64,000 nt of DNA from positions 9,858,001 through 9,922,000 of the forward strand of contig CM052842.1 of the NCBI GenBank assembly GCA_028534125.1. The letters run 5' to 3'. Positions 11,950 to 23,735 of the stretch are shown piece by piece. Positions within the stretch are counted from its first letter, which is position 1; the number at the start of each line of letters is the position of its first letter. The notes below the pieces were generated by a model. That model searched no databases, had not been told where the DNA came from, and worked only from the letters and a program-made list of their open reading frames with translations. Source of the stretch: Lama glama (taxonomy: Eukaryota). The translations under genes and the position numbers were made by a program.

Positions 11950-12360
11950 TTAATAATAACAGTAATATCAATAGCCAGAATTTACAAGGCACAGACGGTA
12001 TGCCCGGAAAGCCCTGGGCACTTTGCATATGTTATTTCTCTTAATCCTTGTTACAGATTGAATTATTGGTTCCAATTCTTCATCCCTTTTTTTCTGCCCT
12101 TATCTGCGCCAGGAAACTTTACAGTTCTCCTTAGAGATGGAATGGACTTCCCTACCCCTTCCCCTTAGATAAGCGTAGACTAAGTCAGCCAACCCATAGA
12201 CGTCTGAGTCAGAAAAGTGGCTGTGATCTGAAGTCACTAAGTATTAGGGTGATTTATTACATAGCAACAATCAACCAATTCAGTGCCCTGGAACGGACCA
12301 GCGTTCAGACCCAGATCTGAGTGACTTGGAACATTTACTCCCCACCCAGCTGCCATTCCA
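11950..12360 (-). mobile_element. MIR split by an MLT1 insertion
   Basis: aataataacag...gggcactttgcatatgttatttctcttaatcct before the LTR; ttcagacccagatctgagtgact after it. Confidence 0.6.
12049..12282 (+). mobile_element. Internally deleted MLT1G/H-like MaLR LTR
   Basis: tgttacagattgaattattggttccaattcttcatccc... and terminal aagtcactaagtattagggtgatttattacatagcaacaatcaaccaattca. Confidence 0.65.
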
Positions 12361-12840
12361 TCAAATTTCTGACCTGTCACATGACAGATCAGTGAAGGAT
12401 TCTAGTCCAGCCTAAATCTCAACTCATATGCAGATTTAATGATACCTGCAAAAAAGAAAATGCCATAAAAAGCTTACTGCTAAAGTGATGTTGGATGTAT
12501 CTGAATCGTGTTTTGATTCAGAAGTACCTCCACATCTGATGTCTCAAGGCCATGCATACAAACAGCGGTTACCAAAATGCTTAAGGCACAGCATCGCTCT
12601 CACTTATCTAAGCTTCTCGTTGAAATTGTTTGGTACTTGACAGAAAGGGAGACAATAAGGCACCACTCGCCACACCACCACCTAACGTCGTCTTCTTGCC
12701 TGGATATCAGCCCCAAATCCAGTCAAGTGCCTAAGTGCCATTTACAGAAAAACAATGTAAACCACAGGGGAGCAACCTACAAAACTCAGAACGAACAGCT
12801 CAGTTTCTTCAGGAAAGAAGGAAGTGTGAGGAAAGGGGGA

Positions 12841-13218
12841 CGTTAAGGGCTGAACTGTGTCCCTCCAAGATTCATATGTTGAAGTCCTACCTCCAAGTAC
12901 CTCTGAACATGACCACCTCCAGAAATAGAGTCTTTAAAGAGGTAGCTGAGTTAAAATGGGGGCACTAGGGTGGGCTCCAGTCCACCAGGGCCACTGTCCT
13001 TAGAAGAAGAAATGAGGACCCCCACACAGAGGGAAGACCGCGTGAAGACACGGGAGAAGGTGGCACCTACGAGAGAAGACAGAGGCCTCAGGAGAAACCA
13101 AACTGCCGAGACCTTCATCTCTGACTTCTAGTCTCGAGAACTGTGAGAAAATAACTCTGCTGTGTGAGCCCCCCGCCCCCGGCACTCTGTCACGGCAGCC
13201 CTGACTGACTGACTCTGC
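12841..13218 (+). mobile_element. MLT1B-like MaLR solo LTR
   Basis: gggctgaactgtgtccctccaagattcatatgttgaagtcct...gaggcctcaggagaaaccaa...agaactgtgagaaaataa; candidate 5-bp TSD GGGGA at 12836-12840 and 13219-13223. Confidence 0.9.
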
Positions 13219-13559
13219 GGGGAGGACCTATGATGGACCGAAGCCTGAGACGTATCAATCTATTGCAATGGATGGATTTCACTGGAATAATGAGTCAAAC
13301 GAAACATTGAATCGCACACACATATTTGTTGAGAACAGAGATTCTCGATAAATATTTAAATGAATGCATTCAGAGTTCTCCCTTATCTCCAGAGCGGCTG
13401 CTTTGGGCATTATTCAATGTACCTTTTTATGGAACCGAAATCAGCCTCCAAAGATTTCCACTAACTGATCTTATGTCCCAAATTCTGATATCGCCCAGAA
13501 AAAGATCTTATGTCTTTTCAAATGTGACGCCTTTATATGAATGGTACGTCTCCTCTTTT

Positions 13560-14035
13560 CTGCCCTCCACACTTTGCTCCTTCACATGTTCCCACCCCTC
13601 AGCCTCCAGGCCATCCTCAGGCATCATGTTGTCGGCTCACCCCAGACAGCCCGGGTCCTGCCTCCTTCTCCAGGTTATTTGAACTCACTGTTTCCTTTGC
13701 CAGAGTCCATCCCAGCTCCAGATGTCAGCCCAGCCTACTCCTTGGCTTTGTTCTGCTCTCTGCCCAAATGGTGCATCCTCAACATGGTCTTCCTGACCCT
13801 CCCTGCTAAAAAGAGCACTTCCTCAGCCTCTCTGGTCTTTCTCCTTCTAGCCTGTGTCACTGCCTTTTACAGCACATGTCATACATTTATATGCACCTTT
13901 CCAATTGTCTGTCTCCATCCGCTAAACTGAGAGCAAGGATTCTGTCTGAACTCTTGCTGCATCCCCAGTACTTAGGACAGACCCTGTCACACAGCAGGGC
14001 CTCGACCAGTGGTTTGAAATGAATGAGGAAATGAT
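13560..14035 (+). mobile_element. L2 LINE 3' region
   Basis: ctgtttcctttgccagagt...tgtctgtctccatccgctaaactgagagcaaggattctgtctg...cttaggacagaccctgtcacacagcagggcctcg...gaaatgaatga. Confidence 0.8.
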
Positions 14036-14559
14036 AGCAGTTATTAAAGTGGGACCTTGTGGTTCCTGTGACAGGTACGCTTTCTTGTTTTCCTTCGTCC
14101 CTTTAAAGGGCTCAGCAAGAAGCCTAGAGGAAGCAAGGGAAGCTCTGTCGGCTGGCCACACTGCCCCTTCAGCAGCCCCCCTCCCCCCGCTGGACCGCCC
14201 AGGCTGCAGCCACTCCGCGGCCATCTGCAGACCGCCGGGCCCAGACGGCAGGGGCCCAGACAGCGGGGGCCCGTGGGGACACATGCTGCAGGCGGACTCA
14301 CACCACCAGGACACATGCGACTTTCTCCTGCTTGGATTGCCTCTCTGCATCTGCCCATGTGTACTTTGGCTTGCAAAGTCTCTGTTTACAAATCTGGGTC
14401 GAAGAAGGACAGGAATCTCAACAACACGCAATTCACAGAAGCCGGCCAGGGCCTCCCGTTCCTGTTTTTCCTCTGAAGAAGGCAGTGCGGAGAATTGTGA
14501 AGTCATCAATTCAACTTTGCAGCCACGCAGACCCAGTTCATGCCCAGCTGTCATCTTTA

Positions 14560-15030
14560 TTTACCATCCTCGTGACTTTGGACACATCACACAACCTCTG
14601 GGAGCCTTGATTTTTTTCATCTTTTAATGGAAGAGAGTGATACCCACTTGTTATCAGAATTAGAACCAAGATACAAAGAGAGTTGCTCATGGAAGTCCTT
14701 CAAAAAATGGACATTAGTATTTATATTTCCAGTGTGTCCCATTTCAGGCCAAATCCTGGAGTTTTCCTTGATTCCACTCTCTCCGCAAGACAACTGACCA
14801 CCATTTGAACCCTCCCACCTCTTACTCTAGCATGAATCCACCTGCTTCTCCCTCTCCCAGTGAGGGAGACTGGTCATTACAGGAACAGACGCAGAAGTCG
14901 TCTGTCTGGAGTTTGAACCATATCTCCATCACTTGTTCTTGTGCAAGTTACTTCTCTTCCAGGTGACTCGGGTCCCTAATCCACCAAATGGGGATGTCAG
15001 TGGTAGCCGTGGGACAAACACTGCTGATTG
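14560..15030 (+). mobile_element. MIR / L2 / MIR fragments
   Basis: gtgactttggacacatcacacaacctctgggagcct; caaatcctggagttttccttgattccactctctc (L2); gtctggagtttgaacc...gtgcaagttacttctc. Confidence 0.55.
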
Positions 15031-16389
15031 ATGACTTTAGAGCCTCTCCCCGCCCCCTTTCCCATTGCCACCTCCCAGGTGGAAACCGGGAAGCCGGATC
15101 CCAGAGTCCCCAGCCCTTCTTGTTGCCGGGGTGTGCATGACTCATTCTGGCTCAAGAGATACAAGCCAAAGTTAGCCAGTAAGTGCTGACAAATCTTAAG
15201 GATTAAATGATCAGATTCCTGCAAAATGCTTAGGGAGAAGCCTGGCAAACTGGCGCGTAAATGCTTGGGGAATGGAGGTAGAAAGGCAAAAACTATGCGT
15301 GGGTCAGAATTCAGCAAGGGGGATGAGGTGAGGACTGGGGTGGCAGGAGAAGATTTCAGGGCAATGGATGGCTCTAGAAGAGAGGACAGGATCTGGGTAC
15401 CTGGGGAACAAGGGTGGATGCAGGACACAGGCTTTGGCAGGAGAGGGAGGAGCACGTGTCCAGGCACCTTGAGCGCTGGGCCTGGACACCCCCACCTCAG
15501 GCTGCTTCAAGACTGCCTCAGACGACGCCTGTCCCTGGCGGGAAGCCAGGTAGAGGCTCAACACCAGGAACCCGCCGTTCATCACAGAACTGGGAAGAGC
15601 TGGGCTCCGCATCACCAGGTTTACAGAGAGAGCATCCCAGTCGCCGTAAGCGTGAACGGGGTCTTTCATGTCCGCTGCCCGGCGGCCTGCTAGCCAGACA
15701 GGGCAGAGTTTTGCGGGTAGCCCCAAGGCAGAGGGTTTCAAACAGCAAAGTCGCCTGGGCCGCCTGGAAGAGCAGTAGGAACCACAGGCCCTCCAGCGGC
15801 CGGAGATCACGGAACACAGAAGATGAGAGGAAAGTTCCCCACGGAGGGATCCACTCTGGCCACAGAAACGGTTCCTCACTTCCCTAAATCTGGGTGGGTG
15901 CCTGCCACCCACCCAGCCACCCACAGGGCAGAACTCCTGCCAACTGGGGGAGAAGCTAGTGAACAACCAGTGGGGAGCAATTCCCCCGAGAGAGCGGCTC
16001 TCAGGTGCCCCTCTGGGGTGACCGCCTATGGCGCGGAGGGTGTGTCCGGACGCTGACGCTGTGTGGGGCTGGTGCTGGCCCCAGCTTGGAGCGTCCTCAA
16101 GTGTGTAAAAGGTTATATTCTGCTGGGCACTCAGTAGCCCTTTTGAAAACATGTTTTAAATACCTCCAGTGTCCAGTTTCTTACAGACTTAACCTGGAAC
16201 ACAACCACGGGAGTGTTCTTTCCAAAATGCAAACCAAATCATGCTGCTTTCCTACTCAGAACCTCTGCTGGCTCTGCTTTAAGAATGAAATGGAAGCTTA
16301 GCGTGGCAAACACACCCACTGTTTACCTCTTTTTTCCCCTACGTCAGACAACTTGAACTAATGTATACCCCCCAAACACACGATGACAT

Positions 16390-16580
16390 TGACTGACTCT
16401 ATGGAATTTCATTCACTCATTGAACAACCTTGTATTAAGCAGCACTGAATGCGTCTATGTCAGCCACGCAGATACAGTGTTGAACAAGGGTGATTCCGTG
16501 TTCCCAGAGGCCATAGCACCAGGTGCAATGCAGGTGAGTCCCCTGCCCAGCAGCGTGTCAGAATCACCCTTGGGGCTTCC
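16390..16580 (-). mobile_element. L2 3' end
   Basis: ttcattcactcattgaacaaccttgtattaagcagcactgaatg...gatacagtgttgaacaag. Confidence 0.65.
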
Positions 16581-18259
16581 GAAAAGCACAGAGGTGTCCT
16601 GGGATGGGAAGGGATGCGAAGGAAGCAGCAAGCAAAAATTTTACAAAAGGAAGGGGGAGCTGAATTCAAATTTCTCTTGTTACCTTCCCGAGAATCAACA
16701 GGCTGAATGGGGGAAAGCTGGATTTTGGAGCCAAAGAGACCAGCTCAAAACTCAGGCATGCATCCAGCCCGACCTGCTGGGATCTTCCATCTTTGCACGT
16801 GTTGCCTGGTGAAATTCCTGACAGTCCCCCGTCTCACTCTCAAAAGCACCCTGGTCTGGATGATCAATGGTATGGTCACCATATTCTAAACTCAGCTTTA
16901 TCCTTTCCTACCCGTGAGAACCAGGGGAGATTGCTGAAACTCCCTGAGCCTCGGTCTCAGGGTCTGTGTCCCAGAGCGAGCGACACCGTGTTAGAAGGCA
17001 GAAGAAGTAAAGGCACCTGCTCCCCTGCCGGGCGCCTCGGGGAGCAGGTGCCTCATTCACAGAAGCTGTTAACACTCTTTGCCTTGTAGGCAGTGGCCCT
17101 CCTTGGCTCTGCATTGTTTTCCTGACAAATGAAATGGGACCTTTACAAGGAGAATGTATTCAGATGAAAAAATAGAGCATTTAGATCTGTGAAAAGCCTG
17201 GACTTAAAGCAGGAAGAGGTTGCTGGTCGGGACGGCGAACCTATCACGAGTATCTCTGGGGCAACAGTGAACCTTCAGCTTGACCTTCCAGTGAGTAGGG
17301 CCGTACCACCCTCCTTGTTGGTTGAAATTTCTTGAGATTTGGGTCACTTGCTTCCAATGGGCCCAGGTCGGGGAGGACTCCGTAGGCTATTTTGGTGTCC
17401 GGGGCCACACAGAGTTAACAGAGAGGCTGACACATTATCTGTCCTGGTGGCCATCCACGCAGCCACAGTCATGACTCACCAGATGGTGAGAAGGGCCTGT
17501 CTCAGCCTGTCTGCACAGTGATTCTGCCACTGAGTCACTGATGCCCACCAAAAAGCCCCCTTTTTACATCTTCTTTCTGAGCTCCTCCTTTAGCACTGGA
17601 GGCCAAAGGGAACCCAGAGGAGAGGGAGGCAGAAAGACCCGCCAGCTGGACGGAGTGTGGTCTGACTAAGCAGTTGTGAGAGGCAGGCAGCGAGAGAAGG
17701 AAATTCTGGCACAGCTGGGCCCCGGGGTGGAAACTTACAAACAACCAGAAAAAAAAAAAAGAATGCTAATAAAAGCCCTGCAGAATGGTGGCTGTTCATA
17801 ACATTTCAGAGCCCCTCAAAGGTGAAGGCTCTCTGCAAGGACAAAAAGATAGGTCAGAGCTTTACAGAAATCTCTTTGCTTGAAGGAATAGCCACATGAG
17901 CAGATTGTTTAAAAGTCCAAGTGTATCCATCGAAGGTAAAGTGGATCAACATAGAGAAGGGGTCTGGAGAGTCTAGAATGAAAGGCCAAGACGGGAGTTA
18001 TCCAGCTCGGTTCTAGAAAGACAGGAGCTGCGGCTGGGAGCTACTCCAGTCTCTGGAATTATTCTGCGTTCACTGATGGGGGCTCGAAAAGAAGAGATTT
18101 GTCTTCACAGCGTGGTGGGCAAAATGATTACGCCATACACTCGGAAAGAAACCTTATTTTTGTAGTTACATATTCATTTATACCATTTGTCTATCGAACA
18201 TGTCACATCCCTTGTATTTTTTTGTTGAATACCATGAAGTAAAAACAGGCAGACTCCTT

Positions 18260-18630
18260 TCTTTAGAGATGCCACGCCTCAGAGCCCACGCAATTCTCTC
18301 TGCCTGACGTGTCCTCTGGACAAGCTTCACCTGTGCGGGTCTCGGTCCGATGCCTCCTTCAAAGAGAAGCCTTCCCTGACCTTCTGTCAAACGTGGGTAT
18401 CCCCGAGTGGCTCTCCCTCCAGCCTGCTGTCTGTTTCTCATAAAGCACTTCCAGGGTCTTGTCTGTATCTTGGCTTACCTGTCTGTTCTCTCTCTCCTCC
18501 AGAACATAAGCCCTATGAGAGCAGGAACTCCTCTTATTCTCACCTAATCCCCAGCATGCTTGCCCACTGCTTGGCACACACTAGGTCCTTAGTAAACTTC
18601 TGTCACATGAAGATCCGTTGAAATGAATTA
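18260..18630 (+). mobile_element. L2 LINE 3' region
   Basis: ctccttcaaagagaagccttccctgacc...ccagaacataagccctatgagagcaggaac...cttggcacacactaggtccttagtaaac. Confidence 0.8.
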
Positions 18631-19339
18631 TGGCCAGAACAGTGACATTCTTGCACAGAAGAAAAAAGTAAGAGTGTAGCCAGGGCATGGTGAATTATGT
18701 GTCACCCTGGGTGTGGCCCTGGGAGGATGTAAAATGTTCGGTGATAATTAAACCCCTCTCCCCTCCAGCTGAGCCGCAGATCTGGGAGTTAGGTTGGGAT
18801 GGACTGTTGGCCTATGGTGGTAACTATAGATTCGAGAACACGGCTTAGAACTGAGTCCAGAAGAGCCTTCCTGTTCCATCCTCTTCTGATGGGCTCACTC
18901 ACCCAGTTGTAGCTATAAATCTTCAGGCTTTCCTCCCTCCCCACCCTACTCCCTCATCCCTCCAGTCCCTCCACCACCCTGGCTCCAGGGAGGCCTGCTC
19001 CAGTGGGCTGACCGTATGGCAAAGGTAGGAGCCGAGAGGGAAGTGTGTCTCTGAGAGAGGGAAGCATGTCCATGGCAGGCAGGGGCCCTGATCCCAGCTC
19101 ATCAGCCAGAGAAGCCATTCTTTCATGGAAAGAAGCAAGCCAGGGCAGCAGCTTCCTCTTCTTCTGAGATTGCAGAAGTTTCTAGGTGGAAGTGGGCTAG
19201 TGCAGGAATGGTTGGAAAAGAGAATTGTTCTCTGTAGAGTAAATGGCATGGTTGTCATGCATGCATCTGGTGAAAAGGGAAGTCAAGGGCCACTGTGAGC
19301 AGGCATGAGCCTCTGGAGGTTATGAATTATGTCTTTAAC

Positions 19340-19470
19340 CACTGCTTGGATGCCACGGGCCCTAGCATATATCTCTGCACCTGGAAAACTGCAGTGGCCA
19401 GTAAGTGTGTGCTTAGTAACAAGTGCTAAAAGAATGGAAGTCTGTTTGAATGATTAAATGCCTTAGTGAT
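19340..19470 (+). mobile_element. L2 3' end
   Basis: atatctctgcacctggaaaactgc...taagtgtgtgcttagtaacaagtgctaaaagaatgg. Confidence 0.45.
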
Positions 19471-19996
19471 TGAGTGAAATATGCATTATACATCAGCCTC
19501 TTCTGAATCTGGTTAATATGTGTCCAATCTTAATTCCTGGTCATCTTTGGATATATACCAAAAAATTAACTTTACAAATATTCAAGGCTGAGAACCAGAA
19601 CGGAGACAGCAGTGACCCCACTAGCTTCTGGCCACATTGTAAACCCCCTTCGGACAACTTAAGCTCCAAACAGGCTGAATTACTTAGATCGAGTGGTCCA
19701 CATCATCTGTGATCAACCAATAAGCCATTTTTGTCTGCCTTTCATCTCTTGAGCAAGGGTTCTGAACTTAGGTCTATGGACCGTACAAGGATCAGGGAAC
19801 ATATGTCTGAGGCATCTGTGAATTTGGATGAGGAAAAAAAATACAGCTATATTTTCACTCACCTCTAATTGAAATCTAGCATTTTCATCACTTTTCAATT
19901 GGAAGCAACAAACCCCAGTGTATTAACAGTATCTGTGAGTTTATAGTGCACAGAGATCACAGATAATTTCATAGCTTATGTCAGCTGTTGCAGGAA

Positions 19997-20306
19997 CAGG
20001 CATATCTCATTTTATTGCCACTGCACAGATATTGCCTTTTTTACAAATTGAAGTTTTGTGGCAATCCTGAGTTGTCAGATGACAGCTAGCACTTTTTTTT
20101 AGTAATAAAGCTATTTTTTAATTAAGGTCTCTACATTGGTTTTTTCAGACATAATACTATTGCATAGTAGGTAGACTGTAATATGGTCTAAACGTAACTT
20201 TAATATGCATTGGGAAACCAACAATTTTTGTGACTCATTTTATTGTGATATTTGTTTTATTGCAGTTGTCTAGAACAGAACTGGCAATATTTCTGAGTTG
20301 CGCCCG
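19997..20306 (+). mobile_element. Tigger1-derived MITE (Tigger1a-like)
   Basis: caggcatatctcattttattg...acaaattgaagttttgtggcaatcctg...ggcaatatttctgagttgcgcccg followed by TA. Confidence 0.9.
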
Positions 20307-20356
20307 TACCCATGTCTACTTCAAAGTTACCTTAGTTATTGGACCTCTTAGATCTT

Positions 20357-20849
20357 AGAAGCCTGGCCAGGCTTCTGAGATGGTCCTCTCTGATCTCACC
20401 TCCTGGTATTCATGCCCTGTGTAGCCCTCTCCCATGAGTGTGAGCTGAAACTAGAGACCTGCTTCTAACCAACAGAGTACGGCGAGAGGGAGGGGATGTC
20501 ATGGGCAAGATGAGGTTGTGAAAGTTGGTGCCTACCATCTTAGTCCCATCTCCTCTCCCTTACTCACTCTGATGAAGGCAGCCACCATGGCCTCTGGCCA
20601 ACAATCAGTGAGGAACTAAGGCCCTCAGTTCAACCTCCCATGAGAAATCAGATCCTGCTAACCACCACATACATGAGCTTGGGAAGCAAATCCATCCCCA
20701 GCTAACTTTAAGATGACCCAGCCCTGGCCAACACTGGATCGTAGCCTCACGAGGGATCCTGAACCAGAAGACGCCCACAGAAATTGTGAGAAAATAGATG
20801 TCTGTTGTTTGAATATGCTGTCTGATGCACAGCAAAGATAACAAATACA
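20357..20849 (+). mobile_element. MLT1F-like MaLR LTR
   Basis: ctcctggtattcatgccctgtgtagccctctccc...gtgaggaactaaggccctcag...acagaaattgtgagaaaatag...gcacagcaaagataacaaataca. Confidence 0.85.
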
Positions 20850-21439
20850 GTTACCTGTATCTCTAGCTATCTCTCTCCCTAGTGACTGGTAACTGTATCT
20901 CAGTATAACTAGCTTTTTTTGAGGAGGGGTCATGCACTTCACCAATCTGCCCAGGTGGTTTATGCCACCAGAGCTTAAGTGCCCCTGCCCCCAGACTCTG
21001 TTTTGGAGAAGGTATGGGTTCTGGAAGGAGCATTAGGTTGTAGCTTACATCTGAAGCCCCCTCTTCCTGACCTTGGAGGCAGTGAATGATGGACGTAAGG
21101 AGAACCAGGGAGTGGGATTTGGTTCAGCTGCTAGGCTGTCATAGGTTGAAGCGGAAGATTTTCATCAAGGTAGCGAGAGACACCAAAGGGAGATGAGCGA
21201 GCAGAGAACCTATGTGGGAAGCTTGAGCCCAAAGTCAGCAGGATGGCAGAGAAAGGGCAGATGGAGAAGCCAGGTGTGTCAGATCTTGGGGGAAGAGAGC
21301 TGGCCTGACTGTGTAACGCACGGGTTCCCGGTGAGTGCCATGTCCCCAGGTGCCTTGGCCTGGTGTTTTTAAGAGTAAGACCAACAAAGAAAATATAATC
21401 CCATCTCTCAGTGAGAGTCAGAATCCTGTGTGTGATAGG

Positions 21440-21690
21440 CATTTATACACTAGTTTCCTGCCCTCTTGTCTAGATGGTTAACTCCTCGAGGTCAGGGTCC
21501 CTGTGTCCTTGTTTCCTTTGTACCCCAGGGATCAATCACAGTATAAGGTCTCATGAATCAAATGCCTGCTAAGGGACAGCCCTGAGTCTAGGAACCAAAG
21601 ATGAATTCAGTTCAGTCTCCATCTCAAGTTGTTCACAGTGAAAGGAGGGAGCCAGCTCAACACAGACATTGACATGAGAAAGCCCTACCT
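21440..21690. mobile_element. Tail-to-tail L2 3' ends (+ 21440-21570, - 21575-21690)
   Basis: ctagatggttaactcctcgaggtcaggg...; ctaggaaccaaagatgaattcag...ctcaagttgttcacagtg. Confidence 0.55.
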
Positions 21691-22269
21691 CAGATATGAA
21701 TTGCATTTCTGGCCAGGTTTGGTGGCTTTCCAAGCCTTGACTTTGTAGTTATTAAAGGAAGGTAGTAACGCTCATTTCCCTGGTTTGTTGGAACATTAAA
21801 TGGGATGATATATTTACATTGCCCCGCACAAGGCCTGACATGTCACAGGAACTTTTACCTTCCTTCCTCTTTTCATGCAGCCTCCAGTCTGCCTCTCTCA
21901 AGGGTTTATGTGGGATCTTATTCCTGTATGGGAGTTGTGGCAGACTTGTCTCCCAACAAGCATTCTTTCTCATTGTCGGGTCATTTGAAGCCACAAGCCA
22001 CATTCTGTGGGCTCTCAGAGGAAGGGGCCATGTGGAACTCATTTTTGCAACTCCAGCAAATAGAAAAGAGGTACCTCCACACAGGGGCTCTTCAGCACGT
22101 GTTTGATAAATGATGAAGATGATAAATGAGAAATGTAGAAAACCCTCCAAAATGGAGTGCAAGGTCATCATGATCTGGAGGAGTAGGGGCTTGGCCCTGG
22201 TTCTTTAAAAAAAGGTGGAGGACTCAGGTGAGTGTAAGGGAACCAGTGGTGAAAGGAAGAAGATACTAC

Positions 22270-22492
22270 AGAAGGCAGCCCACCAGCCTTAGAACAGTGG
22301 TCACCTCTGGATATGCGATGGGGAGGGCCACAAAGAGAGCTTCAGTGGCCTCTGCCAAGTTTCATAAAGAAAAACTAAACAAAATATCAGAGGCAACTGT
22401 GGCAACATGCCAGCTTATGTTAAATTGGAGTGGTAGGTGCAAAGGTGATTGTTATGTTCCCCCTGCTTCTTGCTATGCTAGAAATATTTCAA
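22270..22492 (+). mobile_element. L1ME 3' UTR end
   Basis: aacagtggtcacctctgg...gaggcaactgtggcaacatg...tggtaggtgcaaaggtgattgttat...gaaatatttca. Confidence 0.6.
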
Positions 22493-22867
22493 GACAGGAG
22501 AGGAAGGTGAAGCATTTCAGACGGGAGGAATGGCACAGGCAAATAAATGCAGAGAGATTGGGAGATTGTGGTAACACCAAACAGGGAGGCCCTGAGGTAG
22601 AAGACTTCTTCCAGATACTCTACAAGCATAGAATGCCCCCATTGAGGGGGCAGGGAGTGCGTTGGAGCTGTCCTTGGTCCTGAACCAAAGCCACACCCTT
22701 TGTCACTGCTATTTCTGGTTATCCGAGGACACTGGGGGTTCCTGCCCAAATCCGCCAGTGCTCATAGCTTTCCTTGGTATTCTCCAACTTAATATTTTTA
22801 AGTCTGAGTTTACCCAGCGGCTACGAAAACAGAAGTCTAAGAAAAGAACATGGGTATTTCTCAGCCT

Positions 22868-23045
22868 AACAATAATGTCTACCATTTGTCAGGTTCTCAT
22901 GTGTGCCAAGCTCTGTGATCACGGTTTGTATACTTTGTCTCACATTGTTTTAACTATCCCCATTTTGTAGATGAAGAAACAGACACAGAATGGTCAAGGT
23001 CACGTAGCCCATAAATGGCAGAGTTGAGATTCAAGCAGGTCACAT
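22868..23045 (-). mobile_element. MIR SINE
   Basis: tatccccattttgtagatgaagaaacagacacagaatggtcaaggtcacgtagc...agttgagattcaa. Confidence 0.8.
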
Positions 23046-23389
23046 AAGTGTATGTCCCAGGAATTAGCTAATCACTCCCTGGGGCACATGCATATAAGGC
23101 TTTAACCCTGAGAGATGTATCCCCATGAAGTCACTGTCTCAATACTTTCTAGATTTTTTTCCACTTGTAAAAGCAGGTTTGTGGATTCCAAAAAAGACAA
23201 TGTAGGTGAGAGTGTCTCGTAAACTACCAAGTGCTCTGCAAATGTAGGCAGTGGTCCCTCCATTTGTTATTGATAGTAATGGTGGCAGTGAGGGTGGTTA
23301 GCCTTCTGCAGATGTCAGTAACATAAGCCATATTCTACTTCCATGGCTCAGGGAAGTACGCCAAGGCCAAAGGAAAAAAGAGAGCATGA

Positions 23390-23735
23390 GAGAGAACTCA
23401 AAGATGGAGTGAGACAGACCTGGATGTATGACTCCATTTTAATATGTATTAGCAATGTGACGGTGGAAGAGTCATCTGATAACCTCCCAGCCTCAGTTTC
23501 CTCAGCTGAGAAGTGGTTATGTCAACAAGGTTACCTTTTTCCCAGAGTGGCAAGGTAGCCCAGGGTAGCTAGGATAACTCTGATGATGGTGAGGGAGTTA
23601 TTATTTATTGACAGCCTGCTGCCTCATGCCAGGCACTGTACTAGGCATTTGATGCATATTAGCTTCAGTCATCATAATGGTCCTAGGAAATTTCTATTAC
23701 CTCCACTTCAAAGATGAGAAAACTGATGTTAAATG
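23390..23735. mobile_element. MIR pair (+ 23390-23560, - 23595-23735)
   Basis: agacagacctggatg...gcctcagtttcctcagctg; tgccaggcactgtactaggcattt...aaagatgagaaaactga. Confidence 0.7.

Larger units (their letters stand above)
19754..20987. mobile_element. Charlie4a-like hAT element hosting two later insertions
   Basis: caagggttctgaacttaggtctatggacc...tattttcactcacctctaattgaaatctagcatt...; resumes at 20309-20356 and 20850-20987, ending cttaagtgcccctg (TIR-like). Confidence 0.75.

Noticed and set aside
13922-14627. Antiparallel 210-aa and 202-aa ORFs
   Set aside because: They begin or end inside L2/MIR repeats and span a GC-rich patch; no recognisable homology.
15304-16152. 282-aa ORF as a protein-coding gene
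   Set aside because: No recognisable domain, low-complexity S/P/G/R composition, overlapping ORFs in other frames and no convincing splice structure; expected in GC-rich DNA.
17890-18085. Possible L3/CR1 reverse-transcriptase remnant
   Set aside because: Only a vague resemblance to the LEYCVQFW region; too diverged to call by eye.
21440-21690. L2-derived miRNA hairpin (miR-28/151-like) from inverted L2 ends; also 28020-28740 and 56360-57545
   Set aside because: Arms are too diverged and too far apart for a pre-miRNA stem, and no mature miR-28/151 sequence is present.
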